A stretch of DNA of 64,000 nucleotides from Candidatus Yanofskybacteria bacterium RIFCSPHIGHO2_01_FULL_43_32 (GTDB lineage Bacteria > Patescibacteriota > Minisyncoccia > 2-02-FULL-40-12 > GWA2-44-9), in assembly GCA_001794125.1 (NCBI GenBank), contig MGJF01000002.1:37751-101750 (forward strand). Reading direction: 5' to 3'. Made by a program: the position numbers and the translations under genes. The notes below the pieces were generated by a model. It saw only the letters and a program-made list of their open reading frames with translations. It was not told the DNA's origin and made no database searches. Positions 18,994 to 28,032 of this stretch are shown here, in pieces. Position 1 is the first letter of the stretch; each line of letters begins with the position of its first letter.

Positions 18994-20292
18994 TCAGTAG
19001 ACCATTCCATGGTCTCTGAGATACTGCTGAACTTGTTTAATATTGTTGGCAATTTCTTCGCGGGTGAGCGACGGACCCCAAGGAGTCATTTTTTCATATT
19101 CAAACGGAAGGCCGACTTCCTCGTCATCGCCGAAACGATACATCAAGTGCGCATGTTTGGAGAGGTCCGGTTCAATACTCTTTATGCCTAAAGATTTGGC
19201 GTTTTTCTGAAAGACCGAACCGGGCACTACGTCCAGACCCGAAACCGCCATGAAATCCGGCTTGACCTCTTCAATAAACCTGATTGTTTTCTCCACTACC
19301 CGGTTGGTTTCGCCGGGAAGACCGAAGATAATGCAGACCTTAACTTTAATGCCGTGCTTTTTTAACAATTCAATGAACCTGCGGTTAGCATCAATGCTTG
19401 TAGAGGGCTTGTTGGACAGCTGAAGCACTTTGTCGGTTTCAACACTTTCAACACCGATAGCGAGTTCCAAACACCCGCTCTGTCGGGCAAGTCTGATGAT
19501 TTCTTCTGATCCCATGGGAATCGTCTGCCCTCTCCAGACAATATTTTCAGCAGCGATGGCTTCAAACATAGCAACAGCTTCTTTCCGGTTAACCGGGATA
19601 CACACCTCGTCGCGCAGATTAATTCCCTGCACACCGTAGCGCTGCTTAAGGTATCTGATCTCTGCCGTGATCTGAACGGGCCGCTTAAGCTCAAATCTGT
19701 TCGGATTGTTATATACACAGAAACTGCAGTGGAAAACACAACCGCGCGAGAAGTAAACACTCGTTCCGGGAATCGAACCGTATTGAGCGAAATGCTTGTC
19801 GTGAACAATCTTGAAATCGGGAAGGAAGTCTCGTTGAGGAAAGGGATAAGATGCGAAATGAAATATTTGGTTGCTTTTGTAGGTTCGTTGTAGATTGTGG
19901 GCACGATAGTCTGTCAATGCTTGCAACAATAATTCTTCTCCGCTACCGATAATTGATGCGTCAAAAATATTGAGACATTCATCTGTGAGCCGGTCAACAT
20001 GATTGCCGCCGGCGATATGGGCACTATTGGGATATCTTTGTTTTGTATTTTTGACAAGACCATATATTTCGGGCGCATCGGCACTTTTGTTGATCCAGTA
20101 AAGGTACAGATCTCTTTCCGGCAAATCAACTTCTTCACTTTTTGGCCAATCGCGTAGGTCTATAATATCTACATTTACACCCGGATCACGCTCACGCAAA
20201 AAAGTTGCATAATAAAGTTCCCAGAGAGGCTGTAGTTTCACAGGATCTTTCCAGTAATGCCATGATGGAACAATAACAGCGATATTCAACAT
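18994..20292 (-). CDS. Radical SAM protein with a B12-binding-like N-domain
   Basis: AGGNH, GSGE, SRGCVFHCSFC, IGVES, FGLPGET. Confidence 0.85.
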   Translation of the reverse strand: MLNIAVIVPSWHYWKDPVKLQPLWELYYATFLRERDPGVNVDIIDLRDWPKSEEVDLPERDLYLYWINKSADAPEIYGLVKNTKQRYPNSAHIAGGNHVDRLTDECLNIFDASIIGSGEELLLQALTDYRAHNLQRTYKSNQIFHFASYPFPQRDFLPDFKIVHDKHFAQYGSIPGTSVYFSRGCVFHCSFCVYNNPNRFELKRPVQITAEIRYLKQRYGVQGINLRDEVCIPVNRKEAVAMFEAIAAENIVWRGQTIPMGSEEIIRLARQSGCLELAIGVESVETDKVLQLSNKPSTSIDANRRFIELLKKHGIKVKVCIIFGLPGETNRVVEKTIRFIEEVKPDFMAVSGLDVVPGSVFQKNAKSLGIKSIEPDLSKHAHLMYRFGDDEEVGLPFEYEKMTPWGPSLTREEIANNIKQVQQYLRDHGMVY

Positions 20293-20324
20293 GATAACCC
20301 TTTTTGTTTAAGAACTTTCGGCAA

Positions 20325-20422
20325 ACGATACCATTTTTTGTTGCGCAGGTCAATTCCTAAATTGCTATAAAGTGACGGACTTATTTTTTATTTTGACATC
20401 AGCTGATATTTTCTGATACGGT
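20325..20422. promoter_or_regulatory. Divergent promoters; the plus-strand one is positioned for a leaderless mRNA
   Basis: Minus strand TTGACC-N17-TATCGT (20353-20325); plus strand TTGACA(20393)-N18-TACGGT, 6 nt before ATG 20429. Confidence 0.6.
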
Positions 20423-20428
20423 TATTCT

Positions 20429-21517
20429 ATGGCTGAACAAACTTCAACAAATGCGAGTATTATAATCCCCACAATGAATAGGGTTGATTTTGTTATACGA
20501 CAACTTCGCTACTATGCATCAGTTGGATGCCAGCATATCATTTATATTGGCGACTCAAGCTCAAAAGAAGAATCGGAAAAAATACAAAACGAAATCAAGC
20601 GACTTGGAGATACTATTAATGTGAAATATTATTATCTACCACCCTATAATATTTGGCAGGCCCATTATTATTTGCTTACCCAGGTTAAGGAAAAGTATAC
20701 CTGTCTCAGTGGTGATGATGATTATCAGATTCCAGATTCAATAACTAAATGTGCGGAATTTTTGGAAACTAATCAGGAATACACAACAGCAAGTGGACAC
20801 GCGGTAAGTTTCAGGTTAAAACAGAATGGTGTGCATGGAGAGCTTTTAAGGCTAGCCGATTATAAAAGAAGGCAAATAGAAAACAATACCGGAGCGGAGA
20901 GGATTATAAATTTTTTTGACGATAATTATTTTGTGACATTTTTTTCGGTAAATAGAACAAATCAAACCAGGGAATACTGGAAAAGCTCAGAAAAAATATC
21001 AGATCAGGCGTTTGGATCTGAAATCTTGCCGAATTCTCTGTCTTTAATTCACGGTAAGTCAAAAATATTAGATTGCCTTGGGTTTGTGAGGCAAATCCAC
21101 GGTCAAAATAATGGGCTCTTAGGCACATTTGATTGGATTACGAGCTCGGAATGGTGTTCGTCTTATTCTTTGTTTGAAAAAGTAATTTCTGAAAACTTAG
21201 CCACAAAAGATAATATTTCCACTAAGGACGCTGTGGGTATTACGAAACAAGCATTTTTGGCCTACCTCCATAAACAGTTTAATAAAGTATACAACGAAGA
21301 CATTCCTGTTTCAAAAAGGAGTTACTTTTACGGAAGCGTTCTTAAGTCAATACGATCTAAAATTACAAAAATATTCCCATTTCTTAAATATATCTACAGG
21401 GTCGTGGTAAAGCCGAGACTAACCGGTAAAAAAGAACTTCATTATGAAGTGCTTAGAACCGAATCCGAATATTACAAAGACTTTAAGCCGGTTATGGATT
21501 CATTCACTGGCCATTGA
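20429..21517 (+). CDS. GT2 glycosyltransferase (TIGR00180-like)
   Basis: SIIIPTMNR, IGDSS, SGDDDY. Confidence 0.75.
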   Translation: MAEQTSTNASIIIPTMNRVDFVIRQLRYYASVGCQHIIYIGDSSSKEESEKIQNEIKRLGDTINVKYYYLPPYNIWQAHYYLLTQVKEKYTCLSGDDDYQIPDSITKCAEFLETNQEYTTASGHAVSFRLKQNGVHGELLRLADYKRRQIENNTGAERIINFFDDNYFVTFFSVNRTNQTREYWKSSEKISDQAFGSEILPNSLSLIHGKSKILDCLGFVRQIHGQNNGLLGTFDWITSSEWCSSYSLFEKVISENLATKDNISTKDAVGITKQAFLAYLHKQFNKVYNEDIPVSKRSYFYGSVLKSIRSKITKIFPFLKYIYRVVVKPRLTGKKELHYEVLRTESEYYKDFKPVMDSFTGH

Positions 21518-21538
21518 AGTTTTTGGTTATAACTCTGT

Positions 21539-21568
21539 TTGACACTTTTTGATACTTTTTGATACCAT
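21539..21568 (+). promoter_or_regulatory. Promoter of the long operon, containing a tandem direct repeat
   Basis: TTGACA-N18-TACCAT with TG extension; actttttgat occurs twice in tandem. Confidence 0.55.
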
Positions 21569-21594
21569 AAACTTAACTCGGAAAGAATTCGTTT

Positions 21595-24312
21595 ATGGTA
21601 AATAATCCTAAAATAATTGTCACTGTCGGACCGGCTACCCACAGTTTAAATCATCTTGAAAAAATGAAGGACTTGGGTGTGGATTTTATCCGCGTCAACA
21701 TGTCTCACTCAACAACAGACTACCTTAAAGATTTTATCAGGCTTTCTAAAAAGGCCGACTTGCCGTTTATAATCGATACTCAAGGTTCACAGGTCAGGAC
21801 TGGTGATTTATCAAGACCCTCAATACAGCTGAAAGAAAATCAATACATAAAAATTTACACTAAGACATCATTGGACTTAAAGGACAATGGCCTATGCCTT
21901 AAACCGTCGGGCATAACAGAAAAACTTGAACCGGGGGATTTGATATACATTGATTTTAATAGTTTGGTTTTAAGGGTTAGCGATGTTTCAACATCTTCAA
22001 GAGGATATATTACTGCTCAAGCCATCAGTGATGGATGCGCCGGCAACAACAAGGCTGTTGTCATCGAATCAGTTTTTAGGAATAAAATAAATTTGCCGGT
22101 TTTAAGTCCGGTTGATTTTGAGGCGATTAAAATTGGTCTGAGAGAAAAAATCGGATATATAGCCGTCTCGTTTGTTCGTCGTGTTGAGGACATTGATTTT
22201 GTCAGAAAAGCCACAAAAAATTCAATGAAAATAATTTCAAAGATTGAATGTGTTGACGCCTTGAAAAACCTGGATGCTATAGTTAAGAAAACTGACCTTA
22301 TCCTTATTGACCGCGGAGACTTAAGCAAGGAAATACCCCTTACAGCCATACCAATGGCTCAAAAAATGATAATGAACACAGCCAAGAAATATAAAAAAGA
22401 CGTATTTGTAGCAACAAATCTTCTGGAGACAATGATTAGCAGTAAAAAGCCAACCCGGGCAGAAGTAAATGATATAGCGAATACTATTTTAGATGGAGCT
22501 GCAGGACTTGCGTTGGCAGCGGAGACTGCAATCGGCAAATATCCTTTGGAATCCATAGCTACACTTAAAAAGGTAATAAGCCACACAATATCTCCTGCGG
22601 TAAATTTGCATGACGGTAACTCATTGATTACCAGACCTCATGGCGGGAAATTGGTTAATTTAATACCCGATTCTATGCCAAGTTCAAAATACCTTGCATC
22701 ACTGAAGAAAGTTAAACTTGATCCAGAACATCAGATGGACGTTGAACTTATGGGTGTCGGTGTTTATAGTCCGCTTGAAGGATTTATGATCAAAAAGGAT
22801 TTGGATAGTGTTGCCGACAAAATGCGCCTTGCTAACGGCACTATCTGGCCGCTGCCTATTGTTCTTGATGTAAGCAAAGAAGAGTCCTGTAAGTTTAAAA
22901 TCGGGGATGCCATTGCCCTTATGGACAGTGAAAATTCGGTTATGGCGATATTGCACTTAGCCCAAAAATACCCTTTTAATAAAAAGAGGATTATAAAAAA
23001 AATATTTGGTACTGACAGTATAAAACACCCTGGCGTTAAGATGATGAATAACATGAAAGACATTTTTATTGGAGGCAAGATAGAGTTTATCAAAAAAAGA
23101 AATTCCGAGACAAAAGGGTATGAATTAACTCCCGCTCAGGTAAGAAAGCTCATTGAAGAAAAGGGGTGGCTAAAGGTAATAGGGTTTCACACCCGGAATG
23201 TTATTCACCGCAGCCACGAGTTTATACAACTCGAAGCATTAAGAAAGGAATTTGGTGACGGGCTTTTTGTTCATCCGATTATAGGCAAGAAAAAACCGGG
23301 GGACTTTAATGCAAAATATATTATTAGGTCATACGAAACAATGATGAAAAATTTTTATCCAAAGGATTCCGTTATCTTTTCGGTTTTCTCAAGCTATTCC
23401 CGTTATGCCGGTCCAAGAGAGGCTTTGTTTACGGCTATTTGCCGGAAGAACTACGGGTGCAGTCATTTTATTGTCGGCCGGGATCATACCGGGGTTGGTG
23501 ATTTTTATAAACCGACTGCGTCTCATGATATTTTTGATAAGTTTCCGGATCTTGGAATAAAACCAGTTAAATTCCACCAAGTCTTTTACTCCAAGAAATT
23601 AGACCAGCATATGCATGAAAAAAATGTTTCCCGTCATGATGAAAAAGATAAACTTCATATCAGTGGAACCCAAGCCCGCAAAATGTTTTTGAACGGAAAA
23701 ATACCGCCGAGTTGGTTTATGAGGCCGGAAATTTCAAAACCAATTCTGACTGCCATCAAAAGAGGTGAAAAAGTTTTTGTGAAAAACGCTGTGGTTGTTT
23801 GGTTTACTGGACTAAGCGGTTCTGGAAAAACAACAATTGCTACCGCACTCTCAGGGAAACTTTCTAAGATGGGTAAAAAGGTCCTTATGTTGGATGGTGA
23901 CGAAATAAGAAAGACCATCAGCAAAGATTTGGGTTTTTCAAGAGACGATATCAGGGAAAACAATAAACGCATTGCTGAGTTGGCAAAATCAAAGATGGGA
24001 GACTACGACTTTATTCTAGTTCCCGTTATTTCACCCCTTAAAGAAGATCGGCTAACTGCCAGAAAATTAATAGGGGACAATTTTGTGGAGCTTTTTGTTA
24101 ATGCTTCTTTGGAAAAATGCAAAGAACGGGACGTTAAGGGTCTTTATGGAAAATATGCTGCCGGTTTGGTCGTTAATCTTATAGGAGCCAGTTCATCTAG
24201 TTCATATGAATGCCCTGAAAATCCTGACATAGAGATAAATACTGAAGATTCAATTGTTAACAAAAACATCAATCAGGTAATCAAAACTTTGAATAAGAAA
24301 AAAATAATATGA
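21595..24312 (+). CDS. Triple fusion: pyruvate kinase (barrel and B domains) + ATP sulfurylase + adenylylsulfate kinase
   Basis: PK: TVGPA, RVNMSH, DTQG, SKIE, RGDL, PTRAE, ETAIGKYP. Sat: PHGGKL, SPLEGF, HTRNVIHRSH, GRDH, ISGT. CysC: GLSGSGKTT, LDGD, RDVKGLY. Confidence 0.9.
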   Translation: MVNNPKIIVTVGPATHSLNHLEKMKDLGVDFIRVNMSHSTTDYLKDFIRLSKKADLPFIIDTQGSQVRTGDLSRPSIQLKENQYIKIYTKTSLDLKDNGLCLKPSGITEKLEPGDLIYIDFNSLVLRVSDVSTSSRGYITAQAISDGCAGNNKAVVIESVFRNKINLPVLSPVDFEAIKIGLREKIGYIAVSFVRRVEDIDFVRKATKNSMKIISKIECVDALKNLDAIVKKTDLILIDRGDLSKEIPLTAIPMAQKMIMNTAKKYKKDVFVATNLLETMISSKKPTRAEVNDIANTILDGAAGLALAAETAIGKYPLESIATLKKVISHTISPAVNLHDGNSLITRPHGGKLVNLIPDSMPSSKYLASLKKVKLDPEHQMDVELMGVGVYSPLEGFMIKKDLDSVADKMRLANGTIWPLPIVLDVSKEESCKFKIGDAIALMDSENSVMAILHLAQKYPFNKKRIIKKIFGTDSIKHPGVKMMNNMKDIFIGGKIEFIKKRNSETKGYELTPAQVRKLIEEKGWLKVIGFHTRNVIHRSHEFIQLEALRKEFGDGLFVHPIIGKKKPGDFNAKYIIRSYETMMKNFYPKDSVIFSVFSSYSRYAGPREALFTAICRKNYGCSHFIVGRDHTGVGDFYKPTASHDIFDKFPDLGIKPVKFHQVFYSKKLDQHMHEKNVSRHDEKDKLHISGTQARKMFLNGKIPPSWFMRPEISKPILTAIKRGEKVFVKNAVVVWFTGLSGSGKTTIATALSGKLSKMGKKVLMLDGDEIRKTISKDLGFSRDDIRENNKRIAELAKSKMGDYDFILVPVISPLKEDRLTARKLIGDNFVELFVNASLEKCKERDVKGLYGKYAAGLVVNLIGASSSSSYECPENPDIEINTEDSIVNKNINQVIKTLNKKKII

Positions 24313-25247
24313 AAATAAGGCTTGGCAAAAGACAACCCTTGACGAAAAAACTCCTTTTAGTTGAGGGCATAGCAAGAGCTGGTAAATTTTTATTGGCTAA
24401 TGTTTTGAGCGGGTTTGAGCACATTGAGCCGGTTCAACTGTATGGTTTATTAGAACAAATACCCGTGTGGGCTAATTTGGGATTAATTGATAGAAATACC
24501 GCAAAAGAGATTTTGAGGTTAGAAATTGATACACATTGTTATGAAATGCTTACTGGACGAAATTTTAACTACAGAGTGTCGGACAAATCATCAATTTTTA
24601 ATATTCCACGTTATCAAAAATACCTTGCCCGCTCTAAAGAGAAAGACATAGACAAGATAATGAAAGAATATGATCAGGAAAAACCGTTCAGTTTTTTCAT
24701 TATGCACGAACTGATGCCGTACATCGGAATATATTTTGAAACCTTTCCAGAGTTGAAGGTTATAAGCATCAGGAGAAATCCTGTTGACTTGGTTTTTTCA
24801 TGGTACAAACGCGGTATCGGTCAAAGATATGGCAAGGATCCTAAATTTTTCAAAATTCCTATTCAGGGCAAATATGGCTCCGCTCCCTGGTTTTTACCCG
24901 AATGGAATAAGCTTTCGGAAATAGATAGGATAATACTTTCCATCAAAAAACTCTTCGACATGTATGAGGTGTCGTACCGGTGCTTGCCTCACAAGTATAA
25001 AAAAAGAATTATGTTTGTTTCATGTGAAGATGTTTTGAGTAATCCTGTGAGCGTTATTGATAGATTGGGAAATTTTTTGGGCAAAAAAGCTCTTCCAGAA
25101 ATGAAGTCTATTTTAAAAAGAGAAAAACTGCCTGTAATTAAAAAGCTTGAATTAAGGAGCCAAAATCTAGAGGAAATTAAAAAATTGGCTTCAAAAAAGT
25201 ATTTAAATGTTTTAATTAAACTAAAAAGGGAATATGAAAAATCTTAA
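24309..25247 (+). CDS. Sulfotransferase-like protein
   Basis: 5'-PSB-like loop GIARAGK and 3'-PB-like RRNPVDLVFS; ATGA-coupled to the PAPS-forming fusion. Confidence 0.65.
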   Translation: MKIRLGKRQPLTKKLLLVEGIARAGKFLLANVLSGFEHIEPVQLYGLLEQIPVWANLGLIDRNTAKEILRLEIDTHCYEMLTGRNFNYRVSDKSSIFNIPRYQKYLARSKEKDIDKIMKEYDQEKPFSFFIMHELMPYIGIYFETFPELKVISIRRNPVDLVFSWYKRGIGQRYGKDPKFFKIPIQGKYGSAPWFLPEWNKLSEIDRIILSIKKLFDMYEVSYRCLPHKYKKRIMFVSCEDVLSNPVSVIDRLGNFLGKKALPEMKSILKREKLPVIKKLELRSQNLEEIKKLASKKYLNVLIKLKREYEKS

Positions 25248-25971
25248 GCCAAAAATATTAGCATATATTCCTGCTCGAGGCGGATCAAAAAGAATACCGG
25301 GCAAAAATATAAAGAAGTTTGCCGGTAAGCCTCTCATTGCTTACACTATTGAGCAGGCTTTAGCATGCAAGCTTGCGGACAAAATCGTAGTTGATACTGA
25401 CTCCAAAGAAATAGCAAAAATTGCAAAAGAGCATGGGGCAGAAGTTTCCTTTTTGCGTCCAGCTAAACTGGCTCAAGACAAATCAATGATTATAGATAGT
25501 ATAATCTATACTCTTGACCGACTTGAAAAAGAACAGAATTACAAACCCACTCATCTGTTAATCCTTCAAACCACTTCCCCTTTGCGTGAACTAAAGGACA
25601 TAATGGATTGTTGGAAATTAATGCAGTCAACGAATGCAACCACAGTATTAACTGTCTGCCCAACTCATCCTTGTTTTTACCACATGAAAGAGAATAAAGA
25701 CATTACCATTGTTAATGGAAACGAGGGTATATCTACAAATATGCAGGCTTGGCCGGAAGGATATATTTTGAATGGCTGTTTTGTCTATATTGTTGATATT
25801 CCCACACTAAGAAAAGAACGTCGTGTTATCACTGCCAAGACCAAGGCGGTCGTCTGTCCCAAATGGCGATCCGCTGACCTTGATACGCCGGAAGAATGGG
25901 TAATGGCTGAAGTTTTGTATAAGAATAAAAAGAAAATAGAAAAACAAATAAAAAAACATGAATCGAAATAA
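25234..25971 (+). CDS. neuA: Acylneuraminate cytidylyltransferase (CMP-nonulosonate synthetase)
   Basis: IPARGGSKRIPGKN, LQTTSPLR, DLDTPEE. Confidence 0.9.
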   Translation: MKNLKPKILAYIPARGGSKRIPGKNIKKFAGKPLIAYTIEQALACKLADKIVVDTDSKEIAKIAKEHGAEVSFLRPAKLAQDKSMIIDSIIYTLDRLEKEQNYKPTHLLILQTTSPLRELKDIMDCWKLMQSTNATTVLTVCPTHPCFYHMKENKDITIVNGNEGISTNMQAWPEGYILNGCFVYIVDIPTLRKERRVITAKTKAVVCPKWRSADLDTPEEWVMAEVLYKNKKKIEKQIKKHESK

Positions 25972-26980
25972 ATTAAAACTCTTAGTCATCGGATTAGGTT
26001 CAATGGGAAAACGGAGGATTAGAAACCTTATTGCCAATGGTGTTAAAAAAGATAATATTTTTGGTTTTAATATTTCAAAAGAACGCTGTAAAACAATTGG
26101 TGAGGAATATGGTATTAAAACAAGCGATGATTTTAAATTGGCTGTAAAAAGTTTTAGCCCAGATGTCTTCATGATTTCTACACCACCGGATACTCATGAT
26201 AAGTATTTTCTTTATGCCATTAAACACAAAAAGCATTTTTTTGTGGAACATCCGACAACAGATAAGGGTTATAATAAACTGCTGACTAAAACTCCAAAAG
26301 GTATTGTGGGTGTCCCGTCTAATAGCTGGAGGTTTAATCCGTCTGTCAAGAAAATTAAAGAATTGTTGGAAAAAGGAACTATCGGAAAAATTCTTGCTTT
26401 TCAGTATCACATGGGCCAGTATCTCCCTGATTGGCATCCATGGGAGGACTTCAGGAATGTCTATTTTTCCAAGAAAGAAACCGGCGCTTGCAGGGAAATG
26501 TTTGCCTTTGAATTGGGTTGGCTTACTTTTGCGCTTAATTTAAGCGAGGTAAAAAACATTTTGGGTATAACAAAAAAATTATCTGATTTGGACATGAGCG
26601 CAGATGATTTCTATTCGGCGGTTTTAAATTTTAAAAACAAAGTAAGTGCTACAATGGTAATTGATTTATTGTCTAGAAAACCTTTCCGAACATTGAAAAT
26701 TATCGGTTCGAAGGGTGTGCTTGAGTGGGAGTGGCTTGATTACACAATAAAAATTCATAAATCAAGAAATGATTCCCAGTTGATACGGCTCAACAAAGGC
26801 AGAAACGAGAAACTTTATGTCACCACGGAAGATATGTATGAGGAAGAAATAGAGTTGTTTTTAGAGGCTGTTGAGGGTAAAAGACTTTTTCCGTTCACCT
26901 TCAAAGAAAATCATCATTTTTTAAAAGTTTTATTTGCCTTAGAAAAAAGCAGTAAAACGGGACAGGTTGTTTCACCATGA
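25958..26980 (+). CDS. Gfo/Idh/MocA oxidoreductase
   Basis: IGLGSMG, FFVEHP, YLPDWHPWED. Confidence 0.8.
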   Translation: MNRNKLKLLVIGLGSMGKRRIRNLIANGVKKDNIFGFNISKERCKTIGEEYGIKTSDDFKLAVKSFSPDVFMISTPPDTHDKYFLYAIKHKKHFFVEHPTTDKGYNKLLTKTPKGIVGVPSNSWRFNPSVKKIKELLEKGTIGKILAFQYHMGQYLPDWHPWEDFRNVYFSKKETGACREMFAFELGWLTFALNLSEVKNILGITKKLSDLDMSADDFYSAVLNFKNKVSATMVIDLLSRKPFRTLKIIGSKGVLEWEWLDYTIKIHKSRNDSQLIRLNKGRNEKLYVTTEDMYEEEIELFLEAVEGKRLFPFTFKENHHFLKVLFALEKSSKTGQVVSP

Positions 26981-28032
26981 TTAAAATCGGCTCTAAAACT
27001 ATTTCCGAAAAATCACCAGTTTTTATTGTTGCTGAAGCCGGAGTAAATCATAACGGTAATTTAAAATTGGCTAAAAAACTAATTGATGTTGCCGTCCTGG
27101 CCGGTGTTGATGCTGTAAAATTTCAGACTTTTAATCCCGACACATTGGTTGCTAAAAATGTTTCCAAAGCCGACTATCAGGCAAAAAATGAAAAAAGGTT
27201 AAAGAAAGAAGAAAGTCAGTACGAAATGCTGAAGCGGTTAATGTTGCCCAGAGAATGGCATAAGGAATTAAAAAAATATGCCGAAAGCAAGGGTTTGATA
27301 TTTTTATCTACTCCGTTCTCTTTGGATGATGCCGTTTTCTTGCGTAAGCTCGGAGTGAAAGCGATTAAAGTAGGTTCAACTGATACTGAAAACTTGCCCT
27401 ATCTTGCCAAGATTGCAAAATGGAATCTGCCGATTATTTTGTCTACCGGAATGTCGGCATTGCCGGAGATAAAAGAAGCAGTTAGAACTATTCAAAAGGC
27501 GGGCAATGATAAACTAATCGTTCTGCATTGCACAACCAATTATCCGACACCCTTTGAAGAAGTTAACCTGAGAGCCATAGCCACTCTTCAAAGAGAACTA
27601 AAAAACATACCTATAGGTTTTTCCGAACACACAGTCGGAATAGAAGCAACTGTAGCTTCAGTAGCTCTCGGCGCAAGAGTTATAGAAAAACACTTCACTC
27701 TAGATAAAAATTTTCCCGGACCTGATCATTCGGCTTCTCTTGAGCCTGATGAATTAAAACAATTGGTTTCTTCAGTTAGGCGCATTGAAACCGCTATGGG
27801 CACGGGCAATAAAGTGTTGTTTGTCAGCGAGAAAAAAATTGCTGAGGTTGCGCGAAAGAGCTTGGTTGTCGCCCGTGACATACCCTCCGGAAAACAGTTA
27901 ACCGCTGAGGACGTCTCCGTAAAAAGACCGGGTACAGGAATAAAGCCGAAATTTTTGAATAAAATTATCGGAAAAACAGCGAAAGTAAACTTGCAAAAAG
28001 ATCAGTTGTTAAGTTGGGATTTAATTAAATGA
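26977..28032 (+). CDS. neuB: N-acetylneuraminate/legionaminate synthase family
   Basis: AEAGVNHNG, VKFQT, LHCTTNYP, EKHFT, GPDH, C-terminal SAF domain KRPGTG. Confidence 0.92.
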   Translation: MIKIGSKTISEKSPVFIVAEAGVNHNGNLKLAKKLIDVAVLAGVDAVKFQTFNPDTLVAKNVSKADYQAKNEKRLKKEESQYEMLKRLMLPREWHKELKKYAESKGLIFLSTPFSLDDAVFLRKLGVKAIKVGSTDTENLPYLAKIAKWNLPIILSTGMSALPEIKEAVRTIQKAGNDKLIVLHCTTNYPTPFEEVNLRAIATLQRELKNIPIGFSEHTVGIEATVASVALGARVIEKHFTLDKNFPGPDHSASLEPDELKQLVSSVRRIETAMGTGNKVLFVSEKKIAEVARKSLVVARDIPSGKQLTAEDVSVKRPGTGIKPKFLNKIIGKTAKVNLQKDQLLSWDLIK

